This document shows positions 37,268 through 46,557 of a stretch of DNA of 55,298 nt, piece by piece. The DNA is from Nitrososphaerota archaeon. GTDB lineage: Archaea; Thermoproteota; Nitrososphaeria_A; Caldarchaeales; Calditenuaceae. A program made the translations under genes and the position numbers. How positions within the stretch are numbered: the stretch's first letter is position 1; the number at the start of each line of letters is the position of its first letter. The DNA lies in NCBI GenBank assembly GCA_033581555.1, contig JAVQSZ010000009.1, positions 1 through 55,298 on the forward strand, written 5' to 3'. The notes under the pieces were generated by a model. The model was not told where the DNA came from, did not search any database, and saw only the letters and a list, made by a program, of their open reading frames with translations.

Positions 37268-37594
37268 ATGAGCAGGCCCAAGGGTCATGGTGAGATCGCT
37301 GCGATACTCCTCGCTCTGCTGGTCGCGTCCTGGCTTCTGACAGCTCTGGTCTTCGCTGGAGACCTCGCACCTCCCTTCAAGAGGGCCCTCAGCGCGACCT
37401 TCGGGCACCACTGGATCGGGAAGATCGTGATCTCCTACGTCGTCTTCTTCGCGGTCTGGCTCGGCGGGAGAGCGGTCATCAAGGAGAGGACCTTAATGAG
37501 CATCAGGGGCTGGACGTGGACGACAGTCCTCTCTATGGTCCTGATAACTGTGCTGATGACGCTACTCTACGTCGGCCTGCACTTCGCGAAGTAG
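37268..37594 (+). CDS. 3-TM membrane protein with GHHW motif
   Basis: Strong SD (GGTGAGGAG); TFGHHWIGK; terminal LHF. Confidence 0.8.
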   Translation: MSRPKGHGEIAAILLALLVASWLLTALVFAGDLAPPFKRALSATFGHHWIGKIVISYVVFFAVWLGGRAVIKERTLMSIRGWTWTTVLSMVLITVLMTLLYVGLHFAK

Positions 37595-37627
37595 CTGCGT
37601 GAGACGATCCGGCTTGAACTGAATCCC

Positions 37628-37637
37628 TTTATTTTTT
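37628..37637 (+). terminator. Oligo-T terminator
   Basis: TTTATTTTTT about 35 nt after the stop. Confidence 0.55.
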
Positions 37638-37694
37638 GGGTGCTTTCACTGTACTGGAAATCGCATTGGGAGCGTGCTCAAACGCACCGCCCTC

Positions 37695-38048
37695 TCACGT
37701 AAGCAGGACCGATAGCGCGCCGACCACGACCGCAGTGATCGCCGCGTACTTAATGTCCCTCCTCGTCGCGAAGTAAACCAAAGAGGCTACAGCCCTCGAA
37801 TAGGGCGTGAGCATCAACGCCGCGATTCCCAGCCTCATCAGAGCCTCCGATAGGGTCCCCGACTCCTTAACGTCCACCAAGAACGCGAGGAAGTTCCTTT
37901 CCACCACGGAAGTCCCGACGGAGAAGTCCAGCTCGGCCGTGCCGCCCTCGAGGACGCGCAGAGCGATACCCACTGTCATCAGAGACAACGAGGCCGCGAG
38001 GCCTATCGCCATCACCGTCCCGAGGACCGCCTCAAGGTCCAAGTTCAC
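37695..38048 (-). CDS. DUF1634 membrane protein
   Basis: LGIAALMLTPYSRA...F...RDIKY; usual partner of TSUP genes. Confidence 0.85.
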   Translation of the reverse strand: MNLDLEAVLGTVMAIGLAASLSLMTVGIALRVLEGGTAELDFSVGTSVVERNFLAFLVDVKESGTLSEALMRLGIAALMLTPYSRAVASLVYFATRRDIKYAAITAVVVGALSVLLT

Positions 38049-38878
38049 TCACCGAGGAAGAGGGCCCGGTAGAGCATCAGAGCGCTCGCGATCGCGGCGA
38101 CCGCGAAGTAGATCAACTTAACTCTCTCGTCCCTAAGCTTCAGCAACAGCCTCGAGCCCGCGATCGACCCGATGGCCGTCCCGAGGGCGAGCGGCACCGC
38201 GAGCTCCATGACCATCAGCCCCGAGGAGAGATAGACGCCGGCCCCCGCGAGGGCTGTCATCCCCATGATCAAGTTGCTGGTCGTGGTCGAGACCTTGGGG
38301 GGCATCCGGAGGACCAGCTCGTGTATCGCGACCTTAAACGCGCCCGCACCTATCCCGAGCATGCCCGCGACCATCCCTGCCCCAATCATCCCGATACCGC
38401 CGTAGAGCGCGTTGGTGATGCGGTAGCGAACGACCCTACCCTCGGAGGGGTCTAGGTATTCCCCCTCCAGGCCAAGCCAGCGAGAAAGCCTATCCTGCGA
38501 GGCCGGAGCGGTGCGGAGTCCGCCCGCCATCAGCTTCATCGCCAGCGCGGAGGACGCGATCACCCCCGAGAACGCGACCGCGACGAGCCTCGGGCTTATC
38601 GCAACCGTCACGACGGCGCCTAGAGTGCCCCCGACGATCGCGAACGTCTCGAGGAACATTGCGACCCTCACGTTCGTGACCCTGTCCCTGAGGTATGCCG
38701 AAGACGTGCCGCTCGACGTCGCAATCACGGACAGGATCCCCGAGGCTATGGCATGCTTCACCGGAACGCCGAGCATCACTAGGACGGGCGTCGTTATGCT
38801 GGCGCCGCCGAGCCCGGTCAAGGCCCCAAGCAGTCCGGACGCGAAGGAGATCGCGATGACCTCGAGGACGTCGACCAT
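38045..38878 (-). CDS. Sulfite exporter TauE/SafE (TSUP) family
   Basis: GALTGLGGA...P, SVIATSSG, GMLGIGAGAFKV, KVSTTTSN. Confidence 0.92.
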   Translation of the reverse strand: MVDVLEVIAISFASGLLGALTGLGGASITTPVLVMLGVPVKHAIASGILSVIATSSGTSSAYLRDRVTNVRVAMFLETFAIVGGTLGAVVTVAISPRLVAVAFSGVIASSALAMKLMAGGLRTAPASQDRLSRWLGLEGEYLDPSEGRVVRYRITNALYGGIGMIGAGMVAGMLGIGAGAFKVAIHELVLRMPPKVSTTTSNLIMGMTALAGAGVYLSSGLMVMELAVPLALGTAIGSIAGSRLLLKLRDERVKLIYFAVAAIASALMLYRALFLGE

Positions 38879-38972
38879 GACCCCGATCGGAGGGTTCTCA
38901 ACCCTAAAATCTGTGACGGTCCTGAGCCGATTCGACAGGGGTTATAAGGACTCGGTAGCGGCTAGGGCTGGC

Positions 38973-39548
38973 ATGTGGCTTGAGCTGTTCAGGAGCACCG
39001 TCGAGCTGTTGATCATCGTCGACCCGGTCGGCACGATACCGTTCCTGCTCTCGCTTACTTCGGACCTCGACGAGCGAGAGAGAGCCGCCGTGGTCGATAG
39101 GACCGTGATGGTCAGCGCTGCGCTCCTCGTCCTCTTCTCGCTGGCGGGCGACCTGCTCCTAATGCTCTTCGGGGTAAGGTTCGAGAGCTTCCTGCTCGCG
39201 GGGGGCTCGCTCCTCGTCCTCCTCGCGATCAGGATACTGTTCCAGGGCGGAGAGGGCTGGGGCAGGTCGACCGGTTCGGTCGGGGCCTTCCCGCTCGCCT
39301 TCCCGCTGATCGCGGGCCCGGGTGCGCTCACCTCAGCGATGATCTCGATCAAGACCCTCGGGATGCTCTATCTGATCCCGGTGACGTTGGTGATGCTGGT
39401 GACCTGGGCGGTCCTGAGGGCCAACTCCTGGTTCATGAGGGTGCTAGGGAGGCAAGGGGCGGACGCGATAGCGAGGATCATGGCGGTCTTCATAGCCGCG
39501 ATCGGTTTCGAGTACGCAATCACCGGACTCAGGGCGAGCGTCCTCTGA
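38973..39548 (+). CDS. MarC family membrane protein
   Basis: IVDPVGTIP, AGG.LL, FPLAFPLIAGPG; TTATAA about 26 nt upstream. Confidence 0.92.
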   Translation: MWLELFRSTVELLIIVDPVGTIPFLLSLTSDLDERERAAVVDRTVMVSAALLVLFSLAGDLLLMLFGVRFESFLLAGGSLLVLLAIRILFQGGEGWGRSTGSVGAFPLAFPLIAGPGALTSAMISIKTLGMLYLIPVTLVMLVTWAVLRANSWFMRVLGRQGADAIARIMAVFIAAIGFEYAITGLRASVL

Positions 39549-39560
39549 ATCGCGGGTAGC

Positions 39561-41915
39561 TCAGACGATGTTGTGCATCCTCACCAGGTCCTCCCTGAAC
39601 GGCTCGAGCCTCTCCGGTATCTGGACGCTGATGGGGTCCCTCAGCGACTTCCCTGACTCCTTCTTCATCCTCCAGACGCGGCTGTTGAACTCGACTATCT
39701 CGTCGGTGTACCTCCACATCTCGCTGGGTTCTCTCACCTGCGGGAACCTCTCCCTGTGGACGCTGGAGCTCGAGTAGATCCTCCTCCAGACAACGTCGGC
39801 GAACGAGGGGATGATTGGGGCCAAGAGCAACAGCGAGTTCTTCAGGACCTGGTGGAGCGCGTACCACGCGGCCCTCGCGCCCTCTGGGTCCTCGTTCGGT
39901 CTCGTGGCCCTGTGCTTGGTCATCTCGACGTAGTGGCTCGCGAAGACGTTCCACAGGAAATCCCTCAAGGCGGTCGCGGGGACGAAGAAGTTGAACTCCT
40001 CGTAGCCCCTCATCGCGGCGCCCGCGGTCCTCCAGAATTCCGAGAGTATCCACTCATCGGTCGGCCTGGTCGCGGCCGACTCCACTACTGGGAACTGCGA
40101 GACGTACCTCGCGATGTTCCAGAGCTTCGTTAGGAACCTCCCGCCTGCTTCGATCCTCGGGATCGATATCCTGAAGTCGTAGCCGTGGCTCGCCTCTTGT
40201 GCAGACCAGAACCTGAAGGCATCAGCGCCGAACCTCTCGATCACCGGGACCGGATCGATGACGTTCCCCTTGCTCTTGCTCATCTTCTCGCCCCTCTCGT
40301 CGAGGCCAGTCCCGCCAATCCAGGCGATCTTGAAAGGCAGCCTCCCGGTCAGCTGGTAGCACCTGAGGATCGTGTAGTAGAGCCAGGTCCTGACTATATC
40401 CTTCCCCTGGGGCCTCACCGCGTTCGGGTAGGCCCTCCTGAAGAGGCCCTCGTCCCTCATGTAGCCGGAGATGAAGAGCGGCGTGATGCTCGAGTCCATC
40501 CACGTGTCAAAGGTCCTCGTCTCGCCCTCGAACTCGGTCCCGCCGCACTTCGGACACCTCCCCACGGGCGGCCTCTCTTTCCAGGGCCTATAGTATCTAC
40601 CCGGCTCTGGGATGACGATCTCCCCGCAGCCCCTGCAGTACCAGACCGGGACTTCGGTCGCGTAGACCCTCCTCCTCGAGATCGGCCAGTCGATCTTCAG
40701 CGAGTTGATCCAGTCGATCAAGAGCTGCCGGTGCCTCTCGGGGAGGAACTTCAGCTCCCTCGTTGCCTTGAGGAGCTCTTCCTTCATGTCCAGCTGCCTC
40801 AGGTAGAACTCCTCCATTGGGAGTATCTCGATGGGCGTGCCGGACCTCTCGCAGACCGGGACCTCGTGGACGATCCTCTCGACCTTCACCAGTTGACCCC
40901 TTTCCCTCAGGAGCTCCTTGACCCGCTCCCTCGCCTCCGAGACGGTCAGGCCTGCCAATGGGCCCGCGCTCTGGGTCATACGGCCGTCGGTACCGATTAT
41001 CACCCTCTCCTTCAGGCCGAGCTCCCTGAAGAGCTGGACGTCCATGTGGTCGCCGTAGCTGCAGACCATCAACACACCCGTCCCGAACTCCCTCTTGGCG
41101 TACGGGTGCGGCAAGACCCTTACCTCGTGACCGTAGATCGGAACCACCGCCCTCCTCCCAGCGAGGCGGCCGTACCGCTCGTCCTCGGGGTTGAAGATGA
41201 GGCAGTCGCAGGCGCCGATGAGCTCCGGCCTCGTGGTAGCGATAACCACGTCTCCCCCTCCAACGAGGTCGAACCTGACGTAGACAAGCTCCGCCTCCAA
41301 CTCCCTGTAGTCGAGATCGGCGTCGGCCAACGTCGTCCCGCACTCCCAGCAGTAGTTGTTCGGCCTCGTCGCGACGTAGACCAGTCCCCTTCTGTAGAGC
41401 TCGATGAAGGTTGCCTGGGTGAGGGACCTGTACTCCGGCGAGTCTGTCCTGTAGTAGTTCCTGAAGTCGCCCGATATCCCTAGCCTCCTCATGATCCAGA
41501 TCATCTCGGCCTCGAGTTCGTCGAGGGCCTTCTGGCAGAGCTCGATGAACTTCTCCCTCTCGACCCCGAAGACGCGCACGCCGTAAGTCCTCTCCACGTA
41601 ACGCTCGACCGGTATGCCGTTCCTGTCTATCCCGATCGGGAAGTAGACGTCGTGGCCCATCATCCTCGCGGTCCTCGCCAGCATGTCGATCTGGGCGTAG
41701 TGGGCCGCGGCGCCTATATGCCAGGGCCTGCCCGACGGGTACGGCGGGGGCGTGTCGATCACGAAGAGCTCGCCGGAGTCGAGCCTCGGTTGATACACCC
41801 CCTCCTCCTCGTTGAGCCTGATCGACTCCAGCTCAAGCTTTGGTTCCCAGGCCTTCTCCGTCAGCTTCGGCTCGAACCTCGGCCTCCCCTCCAACCCATG
41901 GACGGCAGTATTCAT
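39561..41915 (-). CDS. valS: Valyl-tRNA synthetase
   Basis: IDTPPPYPSG..HIG, IATTRPE, GTGVLMVCSYGD, DWPISRRR, DTWMDSS, KMSKSKGN. Confidence 0.96.
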   Translation of the reverse strand: MNTAVHGLEGRPRFEPKLTEKAWEPKLELESIRLNEEEGVYQPRLDSGELFVIDTPPPYPSGRPWHIGAAAHYAQIDMLARTARMMGHDVYFPIGIDRNGIPVERYVERTYGVRVFGVEREKFIELCQKALDELEAEMIWIMRRLGISGDFRNYYRTDSPEYRSLTQATFIELYRRGLVYVATRPNNYCWECGTTLADADLDYRELEAELVYVRFDLVGGGDVVIATTRPELIGACDCLIFNPEDERYGRLAGRRAVVPIYGHEVRVLPHPYAKREFGTGVLMVCSYGDHMDVQLFRELGLKERVIIGTDGRMTQSAGPLAGLTVSEARERVKELLRERGQLVKVERIVHEVPVCERSGTPIEILPMEEFYLRQLDMKEELLKATRELKFLPERHRQLLIDWINSLKIDWPISRRRVYATEVPVWYCRGCGEIVIPEPGRYYRPWKERPPVGRCPKCGGTEFEGETRTFDTWMDSSITPLFISGYMRDEGLFRRAYPNAVRPQGKDIVRTWLYYTILRCYQLTGRLPFKIAWIGGTGLDERGEKMSKSKGNVIDPVPVIERFGADAFRFWSAQEASHGYDFRISIPRIEAGGRFLTKLWNIARYVSQFPVVESAATRPTDEWILSEFWRTAGAAMRGYEEFNFFVPATALRDFLWNVFASHYVEMTKHRATRPNEDPEGARAAWYALHQVLKNSLLLLAPIIPSFADVVWRRIYSSSSVHRERFPQVREPSEMWRYTDEIVEFNSRVWRMKKESGKSLRDPISVQIPERLEPFREDLVRMHNIV

Positions 41916-41954
41916 TCGGCTAAAAACGTAGCAGCCAGAGAACCCTCCAGCAGG

Positions 41955-43547
41955 TCACCCTAATAGCTCCGAGAGGACCAGCTCGAACTCCCTCAGGGAT
42001 GAGCTCGACCTCCTCACGTCCCTGAGCATCGGTGCGACCATCTTCTCCATCGCGGACTTGCCGATCTCGCCCCTCTGATAGCTGTTGTACGCGTGGAGGA
42101 TAGCCCTGAGCGACTCGTTGATCTGCTGGAGGGACCGCTGGGCCTCAGTCGCGACCCTCGAGAGCTCCGCGCTCCTCTGCGGGAGCACCCTGATGTCCTG
42201 GTAGAGGAGGTCCGTCAGCCTCCTGACCCTCCTCACGCTCTCCTGAAGCTGCTGGAGCCCCGACCTGCTCGGAGACCTGAGGAGTTCCTCGACCTTATCG
42301 AGCTCCACGAAGACCTCGCCCACCCTGCTCCTCAGCCTCTCAATCGAGGCTCTATCGGACTCCGCGACTCTCGCCCTTTGACCGCGAGTCGTCCTGACGA
42401 CGGACGCGATGACGCCCGCGAAGAGGACGAGCGCTCCCAGGAGCAGCAGGTAGGCCGGGATCGGCTGTTGGGGTTGACCCCTGACCCTTAGCTCGAACTC
42501 GTAGGGCGAGAAGTAGGGAACCGGAAGGCTCAGGTCGACGACGTACCTCCCCCTGTCGTCCGGGAAGTACTGCTGGACCTGGGGACCCACGGATTGGAGC
42601 TCGACGCCATCTGGCAGGATCACCCTGATCGAGTATCCTTCGACGGGCGCATCTAACGGCAGGAACGCCTTGACCTTAAGGACATCGCCCTCCAACCTAA
42701 CGAGGGTCCCCGGCTCGACCCTCATCGTGATAGAGAACTCGTAACGCCATCCGGGGCTGAGGGCGTACCTCTCCGGGGTGAAGTAGACCGTTAGGCCGCC
42801 GGTGGTCTTGTCGTACCCGTACCTTACAGAGCCGAGGTTGTCGCCTACCCTGAGGACGGTCGCGCCAGCAGCGAGGGGAATCTTGGCCGTGATGGAGTCG
42901 AAGGAGCTCGCGCCGTCGTTCCTGACCCTGATCAGGACGTTTGCGAAGTTCGTTGAGGGGTCGACCGTCACCTGGACTTTCTCGACCGCCGCCAAGATCA
43001 CAGAGTAGGATCGGAACCTGATCGTCGTCCTCTCCTCGGACCCGAGCGACTTAGCGTAGAACCTGTTGACCCTCTTGTCCTCGATCCTGTGTTCGGCGGG
43101 GACCCTAACGTCTTCGGCGTCAGGCGGGAGCACGAAGGTCACGTTGGTCGAGTGCTCGACGTTCGCCAGGACTGGCGCGCCCCTGAAAGAGAGGGCGAAC
43201 GCCCCGTCGGCAGCCTCCGTCAGGAGCCCCCTATACGCTGAGCTCACCCTCACTTTATTCCCTGCGGGCTTCACGGTCAGCTCGAGCCTCCCTCCGACCT
43301 CCTTCGTGTCGATGACCGTCCCGCCCTCGACAGCGTACCCGAGCAGCCTCTCGCGGTCGTGTAGGAGCACTATCAGCTCGGACAGCCCCGCTGTCGTTAT
43401 CTCGTCCCTCACGGTTAGGAGCCCCTGCGTGCCCACCATGACCTCCCTTGTGACGGTCGGGACGTCGTCCGACCAGCCCGTCCACGCCGAGGCGCCGGCG
43501 AGGATGAGAGCGAACAGCAGCGCCGACGCGGCGATCGTCTGCCTCAT
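41955..43547 (-). CDS. Ribophorin-I (Ost1)-like type I membrane protein
   Basis: Signal peptide, long beta-rich ectodomain with PERYALSPGWRYEF and VILPDG, one TM, helical cytoplasmic tail. Confidence 0.6.
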   Translation of the reverse strand: MRQTIAASALLFALILAGASAWTGWSDDVPTVTREVMVGTQGLLTVRDEITTAGLSELIVLLHDRERLLGYAVEGGTVIDTKEVGGRLELTVKPAGNKVRVSSAYRGLLTEAADGAFALSFRGAPVLANVEHSTNVTFVLPPDAEDVRVPAEHRIEDKRVNRFYAKSLGSEERTTIRFRSYSVILAAVEKVQVTVDPSTNFANVLIRVRNDGASSFDSITAKIPLAAGATVLRVGDNLGSVRYGYDKTTGGLTVYFTPERYALSPGWRYEFSITMRVEPGTLVRLEGDVLKVKAFLPLDAPVEGYSIRVILPDGVELQSVGPQVQQYFPDDRGRYVVDLSLPVPYFSPYEFELRVRGQPQQPIPAYLLLLGALVLFAGVIASVVRTTRGQRARVAESDRASIERLRSRVGEVFVELDKVEELLRSPSRSGLQQLQESVRRVRRLTDLLYQDIRVLPQRSAELSRVATEAQRSLQQINESLRAILHAYNSYQRGEIGKSAMEKMVAPMLRDVRRSSSSLREFELVLSELLG

Positions 43548-43634
43548 CTCCACCCACGGGACCCGCGTGCAATAAATAACCTATCCCGGAATTACGCACG
43601 CCTCACGTTTATCACCGGGCGGCGGGTAGGACTA

Positions 43635-43695
43635 CGGGGATGAGGGCGCGTCGGAACTTCTGACCCGATGAGGAGGGATTACCACGCCCGACCCG
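43635..43695 (+). ncRNA. Box C/D guide sRNA
   Basis: CGGG/CCCG terminal stem; C GGGAUGA, D' CUGA, C' CGAUGA, D CCGA; two 16-nt guide regions; TTTATCA about 25 nt upstream. Confidence 0.78.
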
Positions 43696-43729
43696 AATCA
43701 CTTAAATCTGGAGACCCCAGGAATCAGAC

Positions 43730-43996
43730 GTGCCGAAGTATTTGGTCCTCCTGAGCCCCAAGGCGCCGAGCGAGGTGGTGGCTCATTACAGGCCCGCGCA
43801 CCTCGAGTACGTCAGGTCGTTGATCAGGCGGGGGAAGGTCTTGATCGCGGGCCGGTTCAAGGACGGGTCGGGCGGGTTCTTCGTGCTGGAGGCGAGCGGG
43901 CTAGAGGAGGTGAACGAGGTCATCTCGCAGGACCCCTACAAGAAGGCCGACGTGAGGGAGTACACGATCAAGGAGATCGAGGAGGTCACTGCCTGA
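43730..43996 (+). CDS. YciI family protein
   Basis: RPAHLEY, AGRF, GG, DPY; TTAAAT upstream. Confidence 0.88.
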   Translation: MPKYLVLLSPKAPSEVVAHYRPAHLEYVRSLIRRGKVLIAGRFKDGSGGFFVLEASGLEEVNEVISQDPYKKADVREYTIKEIEEVTA

Positions 43997-44020
43997 GGAG
44001 AGGCACTGAACCAGTTCGAA

Positions 44021-45502
44021 TTAGAGCGCCTCGACGAACGTCACGGCCCTCAGCTTCTTGTAAGCTGCGACCTTCCTGTTGACGAACTCCATCAGCTCCT
44101 CCGGTGAGACCCTGCCGACGTACTCCCGCTTCAAGACGACCCTCGCGACAGGCCTTTCCCCGACCTCAGGGTCAGGCTCGCCGACGACCAGCGCCCTCTC
44201 GACGGCCGGGTGCCTCTTGAGGATCTCCTCGAGGTCCCTCGGGAAGACCGGATATCCCTTGTACTTTATCATCCTCTTCTTAACGCCGACGAAGTAGAAG
44301 AGACCTCGTTCGTCGTAGAGGACGAGGTCCCCGGTCCTCAGCCACCCCTCCGAGAGCGCCATCGCTGTGTCGGAGGGATCCGAGTAGCCCATCATCAGGC
44401 ACGGCGACCTGACGTAGAGCTCTCCCACCTCACCCGAGAGCGCAGGGGTTCCGTCCTCCTTGATCACCCTGACATCGACCCCTGGGAAGGGCCTGCCGAT
44501 CGTCCCGACGGCGTCGGACTCCTCGAGTGGTTGCATCGTCACGATCAAGCCTTCAGTCAACCCGTAGGCCTGGACCAGTGGGCACCTGAACTTCGCCACG
44601 AACTCCCTCTGGAGGTCTGGTGGGAGGTAACCGCCGCCGGAGACGCAGTACCTCAACGAGGGCAGCTCATCCTGGAAGGAGGCCGCAGCGTCGAGGAGGG
44701 CCTTGAAGAGCGTCGGGGCGCCCCACACAGTCTTCACGCCGACGCGCTTCATGAACGAGAGGGCCTCGGTCGCGTCGAAGGGGGCGCCCTTTTTCTCGAT
44801 CATGGCGACCCTGCCGTGAGCTGAGAGGTAAGACATGGCATGGGTCAGTCCCAATACGTGGGTGAATGGGGCCGTAAGGAGGGTCGTCTCGCCCCTGATG
44901 TCTCCCAGCGCCCTTATGGTCATGTGAAGGCAGGCCGCGATCCCCGCGTGGGAGTGGAGCACCTGCTCGGTCCTACCTACGACGCCGGCGTAGTAGAGGA
45001 TGACCGCGACGTCCCTTTCGGGGTCGATCTTCGGAAGCTCCGCGGCCGCCAACCCCTCAGCGAGCTGACGGTACGAGTGGACGCGGCCCGGTCCGTCGCC
45101 GTCGAGGTTGATCAGCACTGCGCCGTCGAACCCCCTCAGGACCTTCTGCTCCCTGCTCAGGACGACGCTGTCGACGAGGATGACTCTGGGCGAGGAGTCG
45201 CTCAACTGATACTCTAGGTCCTCCGCCATCGTCGCGGGGTCGATCAACACGGCAGAAGCGCCGGATTTCATAGCGCCGAGGAAGGACTCCACGAGCTCAA
45301 TCGAGTTGTACGCGACGAACGCCACCCTCTCGCCCCTCCCGAGCCCGAAGTCCAGAAGTCTGGACGCGAAGGCCGAGCTCTTCCTGTCCAGCTCGCCGTA
45401 CGTCACCGACCTTCCCTTAGAGTCTACGATCGCCTCAAGGTCCGGCCTCTCGGACGCACACCTCGCGAAGAGGGAGTGGACCGGTTCCCTGACGACGTTC
45501 AC
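44021..45502 (-). CDS. Adenylate-forming (acyl-CoA ligase-like) protein with degenerate motifs
   Basis: QAYGLTE, WLRTGDL, IKYKGY.V.P..LE retained; P-loop reads YYAGVVGRT; no terminal GK. Confidence 0.85.
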   Translation of the reverse strand: MNVVREPVHSLFARCASERPDLEAIVDSKGRSVTYGELDRKSSAFASRLLDFGLGRGERVAFVAYNSIELVESFLGAMKSGASAVLIDPATMAEDLEYQLSDSSPRVILVDSVVLSREQKVLRGFDGAVLINLDGDGPGRVHSYRQLAEGLAAAELPKIDPERDVAVILYYAGVVGRTEQVLHSHAGIAACLHMTIRALGDIRGETTLLTAPFTHVLGLTHAMSYLSAHGRVAMIEKKGAPFDATEALSFMKRVGVKTVWGAPTLFKALLDAAASFQDELPSLRYCVSGGGYLPPDLQREFVAKFRCPLVQAYGLTEGLIVTMQPLEESDAVGTIGRPFPGVDVRVIKEDGTPALSGEVGELYVRSPCLMMGYSDPSDTAMALSEGWLRTGDLVLYDERGLFYFVGVKKRMIKYKGYPVFPRDLEEILKRHPAVERALVVGEPDPEVGERPVARVVLKREYVGRVSPEELMEFVNRKVAAYKKLRAVTFVEAL

Positions 45503-45508
45503 GGCCGC

Positions 45509-46555
45509 TCAGTGCCTCTCGTAGGCATAAGGCCAGAGCCTGAAGTACTCCTTCGCCTTCCTGAGCGTCTCTATGACCCCCCTCGGCTCGGCTGCCAGCA
45601 GGGTAATGATGATCGCGGAGAGGATGATCAGCTTCAGCGGCGAGAGGTAGACTCCGATGGCGGGGTAGACCGCAGGCAGGTAGAGCTTGAGGCCCTCGAT
45701 CAGGGGGACGATGGTCATAGCTCCCAGCCACGGCCCCCATACCCGGCCGAGCCCTCCGAAGATCAGCATCGCGTAGTGGTCGAGCGTCGTGTCGAGGGTG
45801 AACTGCTCCGGGTTGATCTGTGTAATCCAGATGCCCCAGACGACTCCCGCCAGCCCGATGAAGAAGCTCCCGATCCCGAACGCCGCCAGCTTGACCTTGG
45901 GGACGTCGATCCCGAGGATCTGCGCAGCGACGTCGTTGTCCCTTACCGCCTTCATCGCCCTCCCTAGGGACGACCTGGCGAGGTTCGCGACCGCCAGCGT
46001 GGTGAGGGTCGCTACCGTGAGTGCCAAGTAATAGGAGTAGAGGCTGTGGTGCTCCACCGGGAAGATGCCCCTGACGTGGATCCCGTGGGAACCCCCGAAG
46101 ACGTCCGCGTACTTCGGCGTCGATATCAGAAACTCGACGAAGAACTGGAGAACGAGGGTGCTGATCGCGACGAAGAAGAGCTTAATCCTGATCGCCGGCG
46201 AACCGAAGACGATCCCGACGACCGACGTTATGAGCGCAGCGAGGACCATCGCGACCGGCCACGGGATCGGATAGGACTTCACGAGCAGGGCGAACGAATA
46301 AGCTCCGATCGCCATCATAGCTCCCTGCGCCAGGCTGATCTGACCCGTAAGCCCCAGTATCACGTTGAGGCCCTGTATCGCGGTCGCGTTGATCATGATG
46401 AGCGTCGCCACGCTGAGGAGGTACACGTTTCCGCCCGCGATCGCGGGGAACGCTAGCACGACCGGCAGCGTCGCCACGAGGGTCGCCCTGTGGATCCTCC
46501 ACCTCAGGAGGGCCATCAGCTCAAGGTAACTCCTCTTGAACTCTCCACAGGGCAT
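45509..46555 (-). CDS. Branched-chain-type ABC permease (LivM-like)
   Basis: GLTGQISLAQG, GRAMKAVRDN..AA..LGI, GGLG, EPRG; start MPCG at 46555. Confidence 0.92.
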   Translation of the reverse strand: MPCGEFKRSYLELMALLRWRIHRATLVATLPVVLAFPAIAGGNVYLLSVATLIMINATAIQGLNVILGLTGQISLAQGAMMAIGAYSFALLVKSYPIPWPVAMVLAALITSVVGIVFGSPAIRIKLFFVAISTLVLQFFVEFLISTPKYADVFGGSHGIHVRGIFPVEHHSLYSYYLALTVATLTTLAVANLARSSLGRAMKAVRDNDVAAQILGIDVPKVKLAAFGIGSFFIGLAGVVWGIWITQINPEQFTLDTTLDHYAMLIFGGLGRVWGPWLGAMTIVPLIEGLKLYLPAVYPAIGVYLSPLKLIILSAIIITLLAAEPRGVIETLRKAKEYFRLWPYAYERH

Positions 46556-46557
46556 GC

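Noticed and set aside
38511-38972. N-terminal extension of the MarC ORF (345 aa)
   Set aside because: Antisense to the TSUP gene; the TATA box supports ATG 38973
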